A stretch of 64,000 nt of DNA. Source: Myxococcota bacterium (lineage in GTDB: Bacteria; Myxococcota_A; SURF-8). The notes under the pieces were generated by a model. It saw only the letters and a program-made list of their open reading frames with translations, had not been told where the DNA came from and made no database searches. Below, piece by piece: positions 38,720-49,456 of this stretch. The translations under genes were made by a program, and so were the position numbers. Every line of letters begins with the position of its first letter. Position 1 is the stretch's first letter. The stretch covers positions 1,216,001-1,280,000 of the forward strand of contig OZ223209.1 in NCBI GenBank assembly GCA_965140415.1, given 5' to 3'.

Positions 38720-40096
38720 ATGGCCAAAGCCAAGACCATCTACAGTTGTCAGAAATGCGGTTACCAGTCTCCCAAGTGGCTGGGACGCTGCCCGGATTGC
38801 CAGAGTTGGAACTCGTTGATCGAGGAAAGCGTGGAAGCCGCCGCACCTGCACCCACCCGGACACAGTCGGGTTGGGCCATCAGTGAGGAGCACAGCGCGG
38901 CGCTGCCCATAACCGATATCGATGTGACGGAAACACCCCGTATGGTCTGCGATTTAAGTGAGTTCGACCGCGTAACCGGTGGCGGCTTGGTGCCGGGTTC
39001 GGTGTTGCTGGTCGGCGGCGATCCGGGCGTCGGCAAAAGCACGTTGGCTTTGCAGGTATTGGGGAGGCTGGCGGAGCAGGGACAATCCGTGCTGTACGTT
39101 ACCGGCGAGGAATCTGCGCGGCAGGTGAAGCTGCGCGCCGACCGGCTGGGCACCTTAAATGAACGGCTTTTAGTTGCGGCGCAGACGGATTTGAACAAAA
39201 TCCTGGGCATGATGAAGAAACTCAAACCAGCGGTGGTGGTAGTGGATTCGATCCAGACTATGTACACCTCCGAACTTACCAGTGCACCGGGGAGCATCAG
39301 CCAGGTGCGCGAATCCGCCGCGCGTTTGCTTGCACGCTGCAAGCGCGACGGTGCCGCTTCGATGCTGATCGGGCACGTCACCAAGGTCGGTTCTCTGGCC
39401 GGACCGCGCGTATTGGAACACATGGTGGACTGCGTACTCACGTTCGAAGGAGAGCGCGGGTACCCCTTCCGCGTGCTGCGTGCGGTGAAAAACCGTTTCG
39501 GCTCCACAAACGAGGTCGGCGTGTTCGAAATGGGCGAGCGCGGCCTGGAGGAAGTGGTCAATCCCTCGCAATTGTTCCTGGCGGAGCGTTCGGTAGACGA
39601 GCCTGGCTCGGTGGTGACGGTATCCATCGAAGGCACGCGCCCCTTGCTGGTGGAAGTGCAGGCGCTGGTTTCGCCTACCAGTTTCGGTACGCCGCGTCGC
39701 ACCTGCATCGGCGTGGACCCCAACCGTGTGGCGTTATTGGCGGCGGTGCTGGAAAAGAAGGCCGGGCTGGATCTGATCGGCTGTGACATCTTCGTCAACG
39801 TGGCGGGTGGCGTGCGGCTGTCGGAACCGGCGGTGGATCTGGGCATTGCCTGTGCGCTGGCCAGCAGTTTCGTGGATCGTCCTGTTCCCGCCGATACGCT
39901 GATCGTGGGGGAACTGGGTCTGGCGGGCGAAGTGCGCTCGGTCGGGCAGCCGGAGCAGCGCCTGATGGAAGCGCGTAAAATGGGTTTTTCCCGCGCGGTC
40001 ATGCCCAGTTACAAACAAAAGGGGCTGTCGATTCCAGAGGGGATGCGCGTGACGGCGGTGCGGTCGATTCAGGCCGCCATCGATGAACTCTTCTAA
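38720..40096 (+). CDS. radA: DNA repair protein RadA/Sms
   Basis: CQKCG...CPDC zinc finger, GDPGVGKS, KNRFG, Lon-like C-domain. Confidence 0.97.
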   Translation: MAKAKTIYSCQKCGYQSPKWLGRCPDCQSWNSLIEESVEAAAPAPTRTQSGWAISEEHSAALPITDIDVTETPRMVCDLSEFDRVTGGGLVPGSVLLVGGDPGVGKSTLALQVLGRLAEQGQSVLYVTGEESARQVKLRADRLGTLNERLLVAAQTDLNKILGMMKKLKPAVVVVDSIQTMYTSELTSAPGSISQVRESAARLLARCKRDGAASMLIGHVTKVGSLAGPRVLEHMVDCVLTFEGERGYPFRVLRAVKNRFGSTNEVGVFEMGERGLEEVVNPSQLFLAERSVDEPGSVVTVSIEGTRPLLVEVQALVSPTSFGTPRRTCIGVDPNRVALLAAVLEKKAGLDLIGCDIFVNVAGGVRLSEPAVDLGIACALASSFVDRPVPADTLIVGELGLAGEVRSVGQPEQRLMEARKMGFSRAVMPSYKQKGLSIPEGMRVTAVRSIQAAIDELF

Positions 40097-40110
40097 TTTG
40101 TGAGCGTTCC

Positions 40111-41067
40111 ATGATGACAGAAACGACTTTTCCCACATTGAGTGACATTCGCGCCGCGCATGAGCGCATCCGGCCTTTCATTCATCGCACGCCGGTCGTG
40201 ACCTGCCAAAGTTTGAACAAATTGGCAGGAGCGGAATTGTTCTTTAAATGTGAGAATTTCCAGAAGGTGGGCGCGTTCAAGTTTCGCGGGGCAAGTAACG
40301 CCGTGCGTTTGTTGACACAAGAGCGGGGCAGGGCGGGTGTGTGTACGCACAGTTCCGGCAACCATGCTCAGGCGCTGGCTTTGGCGGCCAGGCAATGCGG
40401 CTATGCAGCCTATATCGTGATGCCTGAGAATTCGCCTTCCGTCAAGGTGCAGGCGGTGCGCGGTTACGGAGCGCAGATCACGTTTTGCAAGCCGACTTTA
40501 CAGGCGCGGGAGGACACGCTGCAAGAAGTCGTGCGGCAAACCGGGGCGACGTTCATTCATCCTTACAACAATGCGGATATCATCGCCGGGCAGGGGACAG
40601 CGGCGGTGGAACTGTTGGAGGAAGTCCCGGAGCTGGACGTCGTCATGGCTCCGGTCGGTGGGGGCGGATTGCTTTCCGGCACGGCGCTGGCCGTACATTT
40701 TTTATCGCCGCAGACGCGCGTCATCGCTGCCGAACCGGTCAACGCGGATGATGCCGCCCGGTCATTGCATGCGGGAAGGCTGATTCCTTCCGAAAACCCG
40801 CAGACCATTGCCGACGGCCTGCGCACTTCGCTGGGCAGCTTGACATTCCCCATCATCCGGCAGCATGTCTCCGACATTCTCACCGTCTCCGAAGCCGGAA
40901 TTGTCCAGGCTTTGCGCGCCACCTGGGAACGCGCCAAGATCCTGATCGAACCCTCCAGTGCCGTCCCGCTGGGAGCTCTGATCGAGCAGGGCGAGGCTCT
41001 ACGCGGCCTACGCATCGGTGTGATTCTCTCCGGGGGAAACATCGATCTGGATGCTCTGCCCTGGTGA
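40111..41067 (+). CDS. PLP-dependent serine/threonine dehydratase (serine racemase-like)
   Basis: FKCENFQKVGAFKFRGA, SSGNHAQA, GQGT, VGGGGL, SGGN. Confidence 0.92.
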   Translation: MMTETTFPTLSDIRAAHERIRPFIHRTPVVTCQSLNKLAGAELFFKCENFQKVGAFKFRGASNAVRLLTQERGRAGVCTHSSGNHAQALALAARQCGYAAYIVMPENSPSVKVQAVRGYGAQITFCKPTLQAREDTLQEVVRQTGATFIHPYNNADIIAGQGTAAVELLEEVPELDVVMAPVGGGGLLSGTALAVHFLSPQTRVIAAEPVNADDAARSLHAGRLIPSENPQTIADGLRTSLGSLTFPIIRQHVSDILTVSEAGIVQALRATWERAKILIEPSSAVPLGALIEQGEALRGLRIGVILSGGNIDLDALPW

Positions 41068-41284
41068 CGAAGAGCCCATCAAGTACTATATACCTAAACA
41101 AAAATAGAAGGCTAAGCCATACGTATGATATAATAAACCATATTATTTATGGGAAATAATCCATGAAACATACGTCTCTTGCTAACTTTGCGGATGGAAC
41201 AGATGTCTGGTCTAAATCTTTCTGCATGAACTAGTAGAGCATGTCGGAAGACATGTTCCAACATTAGGAATCTAGGAGAAAACA

Positions 41285-43078
41285 ATGATTAATCCGCTGG
41301 ATTCTTTGGCATTTTCGTTGGCGACTAACAAGGGAGTCTATGCTGTATTACTCGGCTCAGGAATCTCTCGTAGCGCAGGTATATACACAGGCTGGGAAAT
41401 TACCCTCGACTTAATCAAACGACTTGCTGTGGTTGCCGGTGAAGATGCTGAGTGTGAGGAGGCTTCTCCTGATAACTGGTATAAAAATAAGTTCAATAAG
41501 GAACCTGATTATTCAAACTTGCTAGAAGAGCTTGCCAAGACTCAAGCAGAAAGAATGCAGCTTCTTCGTTCGTATTTCGAGCCTACAGAGGAAGAGCAGG
41601 AACAAGGGTTAAAACAGCCTACGAACGCTCATAAAGCAATTGCTAAGCTCGTTAATAATGGGCATATTAGAGTCGTTCTCACTACTAATTTTGACCGTCT
41701 AATGGAACAGGCTCTGGAAGAGGTAGGTGTAAATCCATCGGTAGTTTCTTCAAGCGATGGGCTCAACGGCGCTTTGCCATACGTTCATTCCAATTGCACC
41801 TTAGTCAAATTGCACGGTGACTATTTAGATACGAGGATTAAAAACACAAAAAGCGAACTGGCTAAATACGATAAAGAGTTAAATAGTTTCCTCGACCGAG
41901 TATTGGACGAATTCGGCCTTATTATATGCGGCTGGTCAGCAGAGTGGGATGCAGCACTTGGAGAGGCTATTAAGCGTTGTCCGAATAGGAGGTTCCAAAC
42001 TTTCTGGACTGTTCGAGGAAAGGTGCCAGATAAAAGCAAGGATCTAATTCAAAAGCGTCTTGCCAGTACGATATCAATAAATGGGGCTGACGAGTTCTTC
42101 TCTTCTTTAGAAGAGAAAGTAACATCAATAATCGAATATAAAAGACCACATCCTGTAAGCATCCAGGCGGCCATTGCTACTTTAAAGCGTTATCTTTCTG
42201 AAGACAAATATCGAATTCGTTTATACGATTACATTAACGAAGAAGTTGACCGTGTCATTGACGCGACTGGTCCCGATAAATTGCCAATAGGAATTACCCC
42301 TACAAAAGAGACGGTTACAAAACGGATCAAAGAGTACCAAGAAATTACGAAAGTGCTTCAGCACCTCTTTGCTGTTGGCTGCTATTGGGGAGGAGATGAC
42401 CATATCTCCATCTGGACGAAAACATTAAAAAAGATTGCTGACTATAGATCGATAGTAGGAAGCTCTCATGAACTGTTTGAAACCCTAAGACTCTATCCTG
42501 CGCTACTTCTAATGTATGCAGGGGGTATGGCATCAATTGCTGCAGAAAACTACAAAACCACTTTGGCAATACTTTTTCTGGATGGAATTCGAATGAGAAA
42601 TGCAACGTATCAACTGCCTTCCTTTGTAAATCCAATCTCAGTACTTGAAGCTGCGAAGAAACATATTGAAGGAAAAGAAGATCGCAAAACACCAGGCAGT
42701 GACTTGCTTTTTGAAGCTATAATCGATCCTATGAAGTCTTTCGCTTCCCATATCCAAGAAGAAACCCAAGATTATAGATCCTACGAAAGTGAATATCATA
42801 GGGTCTTTGATAGATTCGAATACCTAATGGGTCTGTCTGTCATTGGTGCTAGAGCTACCGGATGGGCTCCTATTGGGCAAAACATATGGAAACATCAATA
42901 CCAGTCCGAGGAATCAAGGGTTTTTAATGTTATTGATTGGGAAGTAGAAAAAATGCAAGAAGACTGGCCTCCTTTAAAAGCTGGGCTCTTTGGTGGTTCA
43001 CTCGAAAACCTTAAGCTGGCAATAGAAGGGCTTAAAACCTTCTATTCAAGAGTTTCTCGGAGTGAAGGAATCTTCTAA
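41285..43078 (+). CDS. SIR2-like domain protein (AT-rich, probably horizontally acquired)
   Basis: VLLGSGIS, TTNFD, KLHGD, CGWSAEWD; codon usage and AT content unlike the neighbours. Confidence 0.85.
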   Translation: MINPLDSLAFSLATNKGVYAVLLGSGISRSAGIYTGWEITLDLIKRLAVVAGEDAECEEASPDNWYKNKFNKEPDYSNLLEELAKTQAERMQLLRSYFEPTEEEQEQGLKQPTNAHKAIAKLVNNGHIRVVLTTNFDRLMEQALEEVGVNPSVVSSSDGLNGALPYVHSNCTLVKLHGDYLDTRIKNTKSELAKYDKELNSFLDRVLDEFGLIICGWSAEWDAALGEAIKRCPNRRFQTFWTVRGKVPDKSKDLIQKRLASTISINGADEFFSSLEEKVTSIIEYKRPHPVSIQAAIATLKRYLSEDKYRIRLYDYINEEVDRVIDATGPDKLPIGITPTKETVTKRIKEYQEITKVLQHLFAVGCYWGGDDHISIWTKTLKKIADYRSIVGSSHELFETLRLYPALLLMYAGGMASIAAENYKTTLAILFLDGIRMRNATYQLPSFVNPISVLEAAKKHIEGKEDRKTPGSDLLFEAIIDPMKSFASHIQEETQDYRSYESEYHRVFDRFEYLMGLSVIGARATGWAPIGQNIWKHQYQSEESRVFNVIDWEVEKMQEDWPPLKAGLFGGSLENLKLAIEGLKTFYSRVSRSEGIF

Positions 43079-43251
43079 ATTGTATTATGATTAATCAATA
43101 GGGATTTTGTCGGCTATACTGTAGCCGACATACCTAGCTACAACCCCCGTGTTTAACCTTCCATCACCTCTCTTTTCGCGAGGGGTCACGACAAAACACT
43201 TGCTCCAATAGGCAATCGAACGTATGATCATAGCCACGCTGCTACGGCAAC

Positions 43252-43348
43252 GGGAATGGAAGGCTACCTGGTGGGGCCCGCGGACTTCAAATCCGTTGTA
43301 GGGCGTGAGAGCGTCCTGGGTGGGTTCAATTCCCACACATTCCCGCCA
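43252..43348 (+). tRNA. selC: tRNA-Sec (anticodon UCA)
   Basis: GGGAATG/CATTCCC-GCCA; anticodon arm GCGGA-CTTCAAA-TCCGT; long variable arm; directly upstream of selA-selB. Confidence 0.96.
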
Positions 43349-43383
43349 TTTTTTTCTTTGTCGGCATATACGGAAGCGAAGCC

Positions 43384-44748
43384 ATGACAGACGCCTTTCG
43401 CCACATTCCGAAAATCGACCGCCTGCTGCAACGTGCGGATGTAGGCGAACTGGCCGCCCGCTACGGTCATCCCTACGCGGTGCAGACTTGTCGCAGCATC
43501 GCAAACGAACTGCGCACCCGGCTGGCCTCCGATCCCGGCGAAGACCCGGCGCAACTGGTGGAAAAAGTGGCCGAGTGCGTGATCGACGACGCCCGGCTCA
43601 ATCCATCCCAGGAGGTCATCAACGGTTCGGGCGTGATTTTGCATACCAACCTTGGCCGCGCGCCCTATGGACGCGAACTACTGGCTGAAACATTTGAACA
43701 TTTGAGTGGTCCTTACAGTGTGGAACTGGATCTGGTAGACGGCAAGCGCGGCGTACGCGGGCGTTTCGTGCGTGAAACGCTGGCACGCATCTGTCACGCC
43801 GAGGACGCCCTGGTTGTCAACAACAATGCCGCCGCGGTGCTATTGGCGCTTTCCGCATTGGCCGCAGGACGCGAAGTGCTCGTCTCGCGCGGGGAGCTGA
43901 TCCAGATCGGCGGAGGCTTCCGCATCCCGGATGTCATCCAGCAGGGCGGCGCAAGGCTAAAGGAAGTCGGCTCAACCAATGTCACCACCTTAGACGATTA
44001 CCGGGCGGGCATTGGTCCCGAAACCGGCGCGCTATTGAAAGTCCATTTAAGCAATTTCTATCAGGGCGGCTTCTGTCAACGTCCGGAAACCAGCGAACTG
44101 GCGCAGTTGAAAAGCGCCTCGTTGCCACTGATCGAGGATCTGGGCTCGGGCTGTCTGGTGGAGCGCATCGGCGAGCAGGTCATGCCGGACCCACTTCCCT
44201 CGCGCGTGATCGACGACGGCGCGGATCTGGTCTGCTTCAGCGGTGACAAACTATTGGGCGGTCCGCAAGCCGGGTTGCTTGCCGGGCGCAAGGATCTGAT
44301 TCAACGACTGGCCAAGCATCCGCTGATGCGGGCGGTCAGGCCGGACAAGTTCCAATACGCTATGTTGCAGACCGTGCTGGGTCACTACGAGAAAAACGAA
44401 GCCGAGCACATGGCCCCCTGGAGGCAGATTCGACAGAGCCGGCCACAGATCATTGCGCGTATCGAAGCTTTTCGTAACAGGCATTCCCTCGATTCCAAGC
44501 GCTTTCCAATCGTGCTGACGTTGGGCGAATTCGGAGCGGGCAGCCTACCGGGGCGGACCATCGAAAGCGCCGCCCTTCAACTTCCCGCAAAGCAACCGGA
44601 TGAACTGGCCCAGCGACTACGTCGCAGCAAGCCCCCGGTCATCGGGGTGATCCGCAACAATTCCCTGCATATCGATTTTCTGGCCATCGAACCCGAACAG
44701 GAAGATCCACTCGCCCAGGCGCTGTTACAAGCGACGGGAGAGGCCTGA
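43384..44748 (+). CDS. selA: L-seryl-tRNA(Sec) selenium transferase
   Basis: [53 protein letters not shown]. Confidence 0.96.
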   Translation: MTDAFRHIPKIDRLLQRADVGELAARYGHPYAVQTCRSIANELRTRLASDPGEDPAQLVEKVAECVIDDARLNPSQEVINGSGVILHTNLGRAPYGRELLAETFEHLSGPYSVELDLVDGKRGVRGRFVRETLARICHAEDALVVNNNAAAVLLALSALAAGREVLVSRGELIQIGGGFRIPDVIQQGGARLKEVGSTNVTTLDDYRAGIGPETGALLKVHLSNFYQGGFCQRPETSELAQLKSASLPLIEDLGSGCLVERIGEQVMPDPLPSRVIDDGADLVCFSGDKLLGGPQAGLLAGRKDLIQRLAKHPLMRAVRPDKFQYAMLQTVLGHYEKNEAEHMAPWRQIRQSRPQIIARIEAFRNRHSLDSKRFPIVLTLGEFGAGSLPGRTIESAALQLPAKQPDELAQRLRRSKPPVIGVIRNNSLHIDFLAIEPEQEDPLAQALLQATGEA

Positions 44749-46712
44749 TGGCAAACGCGGTGATTGACAATCTCCCTGCCGTACCGGTGATTATCGGCAC
44801 CGCCGGGCATATCGACCACGGCAAGAGCAGCCTGATTCGGGCGCTCACCGGTACCGATCCCGACCGGCTCAAGGAAGAAAAGAAACGCGGTATCACCATT
44901 GAACTGGGTTTCGCGTTTCTAAACGACCGCATCGCCTTTATCGACGTGCCGGGGCACGAGAAATTCGTCAAGCACATGGTGGCGGGCGCGGCTACGGTCG
45001 ATTACGCCCTGCTGATCATTGCCGCTGACGATGGCGTCATGCCGCAGACGCGCGAACATCTGGACGTGCTGACGCTGATGGGTGTCGAGCAGGGACTGGT
45101 GGTTGTGACCAAGGCGGACTTGGTCGAGCCGGACTGGCTGGAGATGGTGCAGGAGGAAATTTCCGACTGGCTCTCTTCCACCGCTTTCAAGAATGCACCG
45201 ATTCACGTGGTGGACAGTTTAAGCGGACGCGGAGTGCCTGAACTGGAGGCTGCCATTATCAAGCTGGCTGCCGGCAAGCGCATCAGCGGCGGTAAAAGCC
45301 TGTTCCGCATGCCCATCGACCGCGTTTTCACCATCAAAGGTTTCGGAACGGTTGTCACCGGCTCGGTACTTTCCGGGCGCGTTCAAAAAGGTGACACGCT
45401 GCAACTGCTGCCCGAAGGCCGCCTGCTGCGCGTGAAGGGCTTGCAAAGCCATGGACACGAAATTCCGCAATCCGCCGCCGGAGAACGAGCGGCCATCAAC
45501 CTTGCGAACATTTCGGTAGAGGAGATCGAGCGCGGCGATACGCTGGCCAGCCCGGACACCTTGAGCGCCGATATGGCGCTGGACGCGCATCTGCATGTGT
45601 TGCCAACTTCCCCCGCACCATTGAAACATCGCCAGCGCGTACATCTGCATCTTGGCACTGCGGATATCCTGGCGCGTATCGTGCTGTTGCAGGGCGACGA
45701 AATCCAGCCGGGAGAGTCCGGTTACGTGCAGTTCCGCCTGGAGCGTCCCACCGCCGCGCAACGGCTGGACCGCTTCGTCATCCGTCGCTACAGTCCGACA
45801 CTGACCATCGGAGGCGGTATAATCTTAGACGCCACGCCCGCGCGGCATCGCCGCAACCGACCGGAAGTCATTCAGGCTTTGGAACGCTTGCAGGGCGGTG
45901 ATGATGGCGGCATGATCCGCACCTCGCTACATGCTACGCCGTTGCAAACGCTCAAGGAGCTTTCCCTTGCACTGAGCAAAGACGAGCAGGAACTGGCGCA
46001 GGCCATCGATACGTTGCTGGCGGCTGGCGATCTACTTGTGTTCGACGGTCCCAAGGGCGCGATGTATTGCGATCTGGACCTGTTGGGTCAATTCATGGAT
46101 CTGGCGCGCGCCCACATGAGCAAACAGCACGCCGCCCATCCCTTGCGGGCGGGTATCCGCCAGGGTGAACTGGCGCCACAACTGAAACACAAAATTCCAA
46201 AGGCGGCTCAACCCTTGTTGATCGAGCACGCCTTGCAAACCGGCCTGTTGATCCGGCCTGGAGGAGATCTGCTGGCGTTGCCGGAACATCGCGTTGCCTT
46301 GACGCCCGAGCAGCAGCAGGCCATCGACCGTTTGATTTCCATTTTCGATCAGTCCGCACTTACTCCACCTTCCCCGCAGCAACTGGCCGATGAACTCGGC
46401 CTGGCGAAATCCGAACTCACACCCCTGTTGACTTACCTTGTTGATACCGACCATCTGCTTTGTCTGGAAGGACAGCTTTTCTTTTCGATGACCGCCATCG
46501 AAAACGCCAAGAAAACGTTGGCAACGTTACTTGGTGGCGGCGAGAAAAAGACGTTGTCCGAAATCCGAGAAGTCTTGAACAGCACGCGCAAATTTGCGCT
46601 ACCCTTGATCAACTACCTCGACGCCTGTGGCTGGACCCAGCGCAACGAGGACGATCTACGCATGGCCGGAGCCGCCATGCAGAAAGCGTTGAAGCTCGAA
46701 ATCGAGTCGTAA
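44748..46712 (+). CDS. selB: Selenocysteine-specific elongation factor
   Basis: [29 protein letters not shown]-terminal winged helices ending [14 protein letters not shown]. Confidence 0.96.
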   Translation: MANAVIDNLPAVPVIIGTAGHIDHGKSSLIRALTGTDPDRLKEEKKRGITIELGFAFLNDRIAFIDVPGHEKFVKHMVAGAATVDYALLIIAADDGVMPQTREHLDVLTLMGVEQGLVVVTKADLVEPDWLEMVQEEISDWLSSTAFKNAPIHVVDSLSGRGVPELEAAIIKLAAGKRISGGKSLFRMPIDRVFTIKGFGTVVTGSVLSGRVQKGDTLQLLPEGRLLRVKGLQSHGHEIPQSAAGERAAINLANISVEEIERGDTLASPDTLSADMALDAHLHVLPTSPAPLKHRQRVHLHLGTADILARIVLLQGDEIQPGESGYVQFRLERPTAAQRLDRFVIRRYSPTLTIGGGIILDATPARHRRNRPEVIQALERLQGGDDGGMIRTSLHATPLQTLKELSLALSKDEQELAQAIDTLLAAGDLLVFDGPKGAMYCDLDLLGQFMDLARAHMSKQHAAHPLRAGIRQGELAPQLKHKIPKAAQPLLIEHALQTGLLIRPGGDLLALPEHRVALTPEQQQAIDRLISIFDQSALTPPSPQQLADELGLAKSELTPLLTYLVDTDHLLCLEGQLFFSMTAIENAKKTLATLLGGGEKKTLSEIREVLNSTRKFALPLINYLDACGWTQRNEDDLRMAGAAMQKALKLEIES

Positions 46713-46764
46713 ACGACCCAGGTGTTCACAGTAACGGCAACTATCGGATACAAAGGGGAAAACT

Positions 46765-47094
46765 ATGGATGAGTATCGCGTTGTGTTCATCACCACTCCC
46801 AACGAAGCCACCTCGCTCTCGATTGCACGTACGCTGGTCAACGAGCGGCTGGCCGCCTGCGTCAACATTCTGCCCCAGGTGCGTTCCATCTACCAGTGGA
46901 AGGAAGACATGTGCGACGAAATGGAGCAGATGCTGGTCATCAAAACCATCTCCAAAAACGTCAAGCGGTTGGTGGCGCGTGTGAAAACGCTGCATGGCTA
47001 CGAAGTACCGGAAGTGATCGCCCTGCCGATATTGACCGGAAACAAAGACTACCTCAGTTGGATTTCGCACGAAACGGATACCGAAGAAGGATAA
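46765..47094 (+). CDS. cutA: Divalent-cation tolerance protein
   Basis: LVNERLAACVNI, SIYQWK, HGYEVPEVI. Confidence 0.95.
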   Translation: MDEYRVVFITTPNEATSLSIARTLVNERLAACVNILPQVRSIYQWKEDMCDEMEQMLVIKTISKNVKRLVARVKTLHGYEVPEVIALPILTGNKDYLSWISHETDTEEG

Positions 47095-47110
47095 GCGCAG
47101 TCCGGCTCGA

Positions 47111-48421
47111 TCACTGTAGGGGGTCGATACGCGGTAACTGAAAACCGCTGATCATAGCCAGGCGTACGGCGTTGATGGGTGAATACGCACCGGATTCCGT
47201 GGACACGCTCCAATCGCTGACATGATCGCAGGAAATTTCAACAAGCTCATCGGCGCTACTTTGTGGTTCGATTTCAGCTGGACCTACCGGGCGGACCAGC
47301 ACCGTATTGGAGCGAACCTCTTCGACTTCGAACCAACGTTGCCGTGATAGTGCCGTGGGGCCGTGTTCTTCTGCCGCGCTTCGCACCAAGAAACGCCAAC
47401 CTGTCTCCTTACGCCCCTTCCACAATGCCAGAAATACGGACCAGCGATAGCGCGCATAGTAGGCCGTGCGTTCCACTTCCTGCTCGGTATGGTATAGCCG
47501 TCCCAGCCTTTCCAGACGCGCCAACAGACCGTCGAGATAAATCGACTGCTGCGGAGGCTGGAAAAAGGAAAGCCCCTGCTTGTCCGCACCGGTTGCTGCT
47601 ACAAGCACCGCCCGTTCCGGTTCGTGGGTTTCGTCCCGGTCGTAGTCGCCACCCAATACTTCCTTGGGAGCGCTATCCAATACGTCCTGTAACGGCAGTA
47701 AGTGGAGCGCCAAGCCCGGTTCCGGGCCGAGCGACACGGTGGAGCCGATTTCTGCAACGCCATCGAGCAGGCGGTCGGCGACCAAGGCGATAAGGGATGC
47801 AGCTAGTTGACGATGCTGCTCCGGCACCGCCAGGACATCCAGATCGGGAATGCCGGTGCGTCCCAGGCCGTGGGTATGCAGCCACAGGCGGGACTCGTCT
47901 TTACTATCGTAAATGGCGTGCAGGGTGTACAGTTCCCGCGCAGGTGGCGCAACGGGAAGATCGGCGGTCCATTCGGCGGAACTGCGCGGAAGGATGCGCA
48001 GGGCGTTTTCGTCGTAGATCAAAGGGGCCGTGCGCCCGAGCGAGAGCGCCACGATCAGCAGATCGCGCCAGCTCATGCGCGGATCGTCCTCGCCATCGAG
48101 CATCATTTCCAGCACCAGCCCGAAATGACAGCGTTCGAACTCGCTGCGTTCGTCGGCCTGAATATCGGTGGCGGACCACCAGGCTTCTTCGGGCAGTTCA
48201 TCCACTTCACCCGGCCAGATCAGAATAGGACGCTCGACCTTGGGAATCTCGACCAAAAGCGCCCAAGGCAGTTCTTCGTCTGCAATCATTTCCAACTCGG
48301 CTTCATGTTCGCGCCAACCGGGAAAATTCTGATTGAGCAGTTCCCGAATGTAGGACTCCAGCGGCAATTCCACAAGCGGCAACGGAACCAGAAAACTGCA
48401 TGGCTGATGGATGGACCTCAA
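47111..48421 (-). CDS. DUF4026/DUF2314-like protein
   Basis: LYTLHAI...LWLHTHGLGRTGIPDLDVL and C-terminal WFEV; TTG start after GGAGG. Confidence 0.7.
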   Translation of the reverse strand: MRSIHQPCSFLVPLPLVELPLESYIRELLNQNFPGWREHEAELEMIADEELPWALLVEIPKVERPILIWPGEVDELPEEAWWSATDIQADERSEFERCHFGLVLEMMLDGEDDPRMSWRDLLIVALSLGRTAPLIYDENALRILPRSSAEWTADLPVAPPARELYTLHAIYDSKDESRLWLHTHGLGRTGIPDLDVLAVPEQHRQLAASLIALVADRLLDGVAEIGSTVSLGPEPGLALHLLPLQDVLDSAPKEVLGGDYDRDETHEPERAVLVAATGADKQGLSFFQPPQQSIYLDGLLARLERLGRLYHTEQEVERTAYYARYRWSVFLALWKGRKETGWRFLVRSAAEEHGPTALSRQRWFEVEEVRSNTVLVRPVGPAEIEPQSSADELVEISCDHVSDWSVSTESGAYSPINAVRLAMISGFQLPRIDPLQ

Positions 48422-48844
48422 AAAAGCCTCCCTTGCGGTTTGAATTCAAGCGCATATGCAAGCGCCAGATTTGAGCGAACGTCAATGTCGGCGGTAGCTT
48501 ACCCGGCAACGCCTGAAATAGCAAGCCGGGAGACGGGAGGAAATTCTAGCGTTTCTTTTCTCTTTTTTAATTCTTTCTCATTAATGTCAAGTATTCAATG
48601 TGCCAAGTTTCCATTATCACCCCGCTTTCTTCACACCCGGAACTTGACCTTGACACCTACCCGGGGATTCCGTAAGATGAAGATAAGGGTTGGAGACAGT
48701 ACATACGATATCTGACAATCGAGCGGACGGAATTTTCGCCTGGCATTTCTGTTGAGTTGCAACCGGGGCTAATCCGGGATTCGTAATAGAGCAGTTAACC
48801 CTGCAGTACATTATGACATCTTTCGCAACCGGAAGGAGGGCGCC

Positions 48845-49435
48845 ATGGAAGAAATGAAAGTCCAACGGTACAGTACGGAAGTCAAGGTGTATATCCTTGC
48901 CACCGTGATGCTGACGGCTTTGATCGTCGGGTTGATCTGGTGGAATGCCTCCGAAGAAGCCAAGCGCGAGGCCCAGCTCCTCTCTTTGTACAACACCTAT
49001 CTCGATCTCGAAAACCACATCAAGACCAACGTGGATATCAACGGCATCGCGGCCTGCGAAAAGCTGATGCAACCGCAGATCAGCGAGGAGCAGCGGGAAG
49101 CGCTGTCGCCGGAGGAACTGCAAAAAATCGAGCAGGAATTTCAGACTTCGGTGCAGGCCCAACGTGCCAAGCGGCAGGACTTCACCAATCGGCTGGCACG
49201 CGAGTTCAACTACCTGACCGACCGCAGACCGCAGAACCCGGACCCGGCATTGATGACGGATGCGCTGTTGTTCCGTCTGACCAAGACCTACGACGAATTC
49301 TCCGATGCGATGGAGAAACTGGCGAGCCGTTGCGGCGATCTGACCGAAGATCAGGTGGCCATGCGTAAACGCCGGTTCAACAAAGCGTTGGCGCGTTTTT
49401 CGGAGAACCTGCGCAAGGTCAACGAAAAGAAGTAG
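48845..49435 (+). CDS. Hypothetical membrane-anchored helical protein
   Basis: GGAGG RBS, single N-terminal TM, host-like codon usage. Confidence 0.75.
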   Translation: MEEMKVQRYSTEVKVYILATVMLTALIVGLIWWNASEEAKREAQLLSLYNTYLDLENHIKTNVDINGIAACEKLMQPQISEEQREALSPEELQKIEQEFQTSVQAQRAKRQDFTNRLAREFNYLTDRRPQNPDPALMTDALLFRLTKTYDEFSDAMEKLASRCGDLTEDQVAMRKRRFNKALARFSENLRKVNEKK

Positions 49436-49456
49436 TATTTCGTTCGGTGTGGGGTT

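Noticed and set aside
38761-40002. Long antisense ORFs (also 5999..7552, 35302..36540, 62172..63182)
   Set aside because: Shadow frames opposite well-supported GC-rich genes, with no motifs of their own
41285-43348. Classical selC-integrated island
   Set aside because: The foreign gene lies 5' of selC, the tRNA 3' end runs directly into selA, and no integrase or duplicated tRNA end is present
43252-47094. Selenoproteins (UGA read-through) near the sel operon or elsewhere in the window
   Set aside because: The TGA-ending genes I checked stop at their expected family C-termini; no CxxU-type continuation seen; selD is not in the window
48700-48800. SAM-I-like riboswitch upstream of 48845 (GCAACC...GCTAA)
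   Set aside because: No AUC/GAU P1 with AGA junction or kink-turn P2, and the downstream gene has no sulfur-metabolism link
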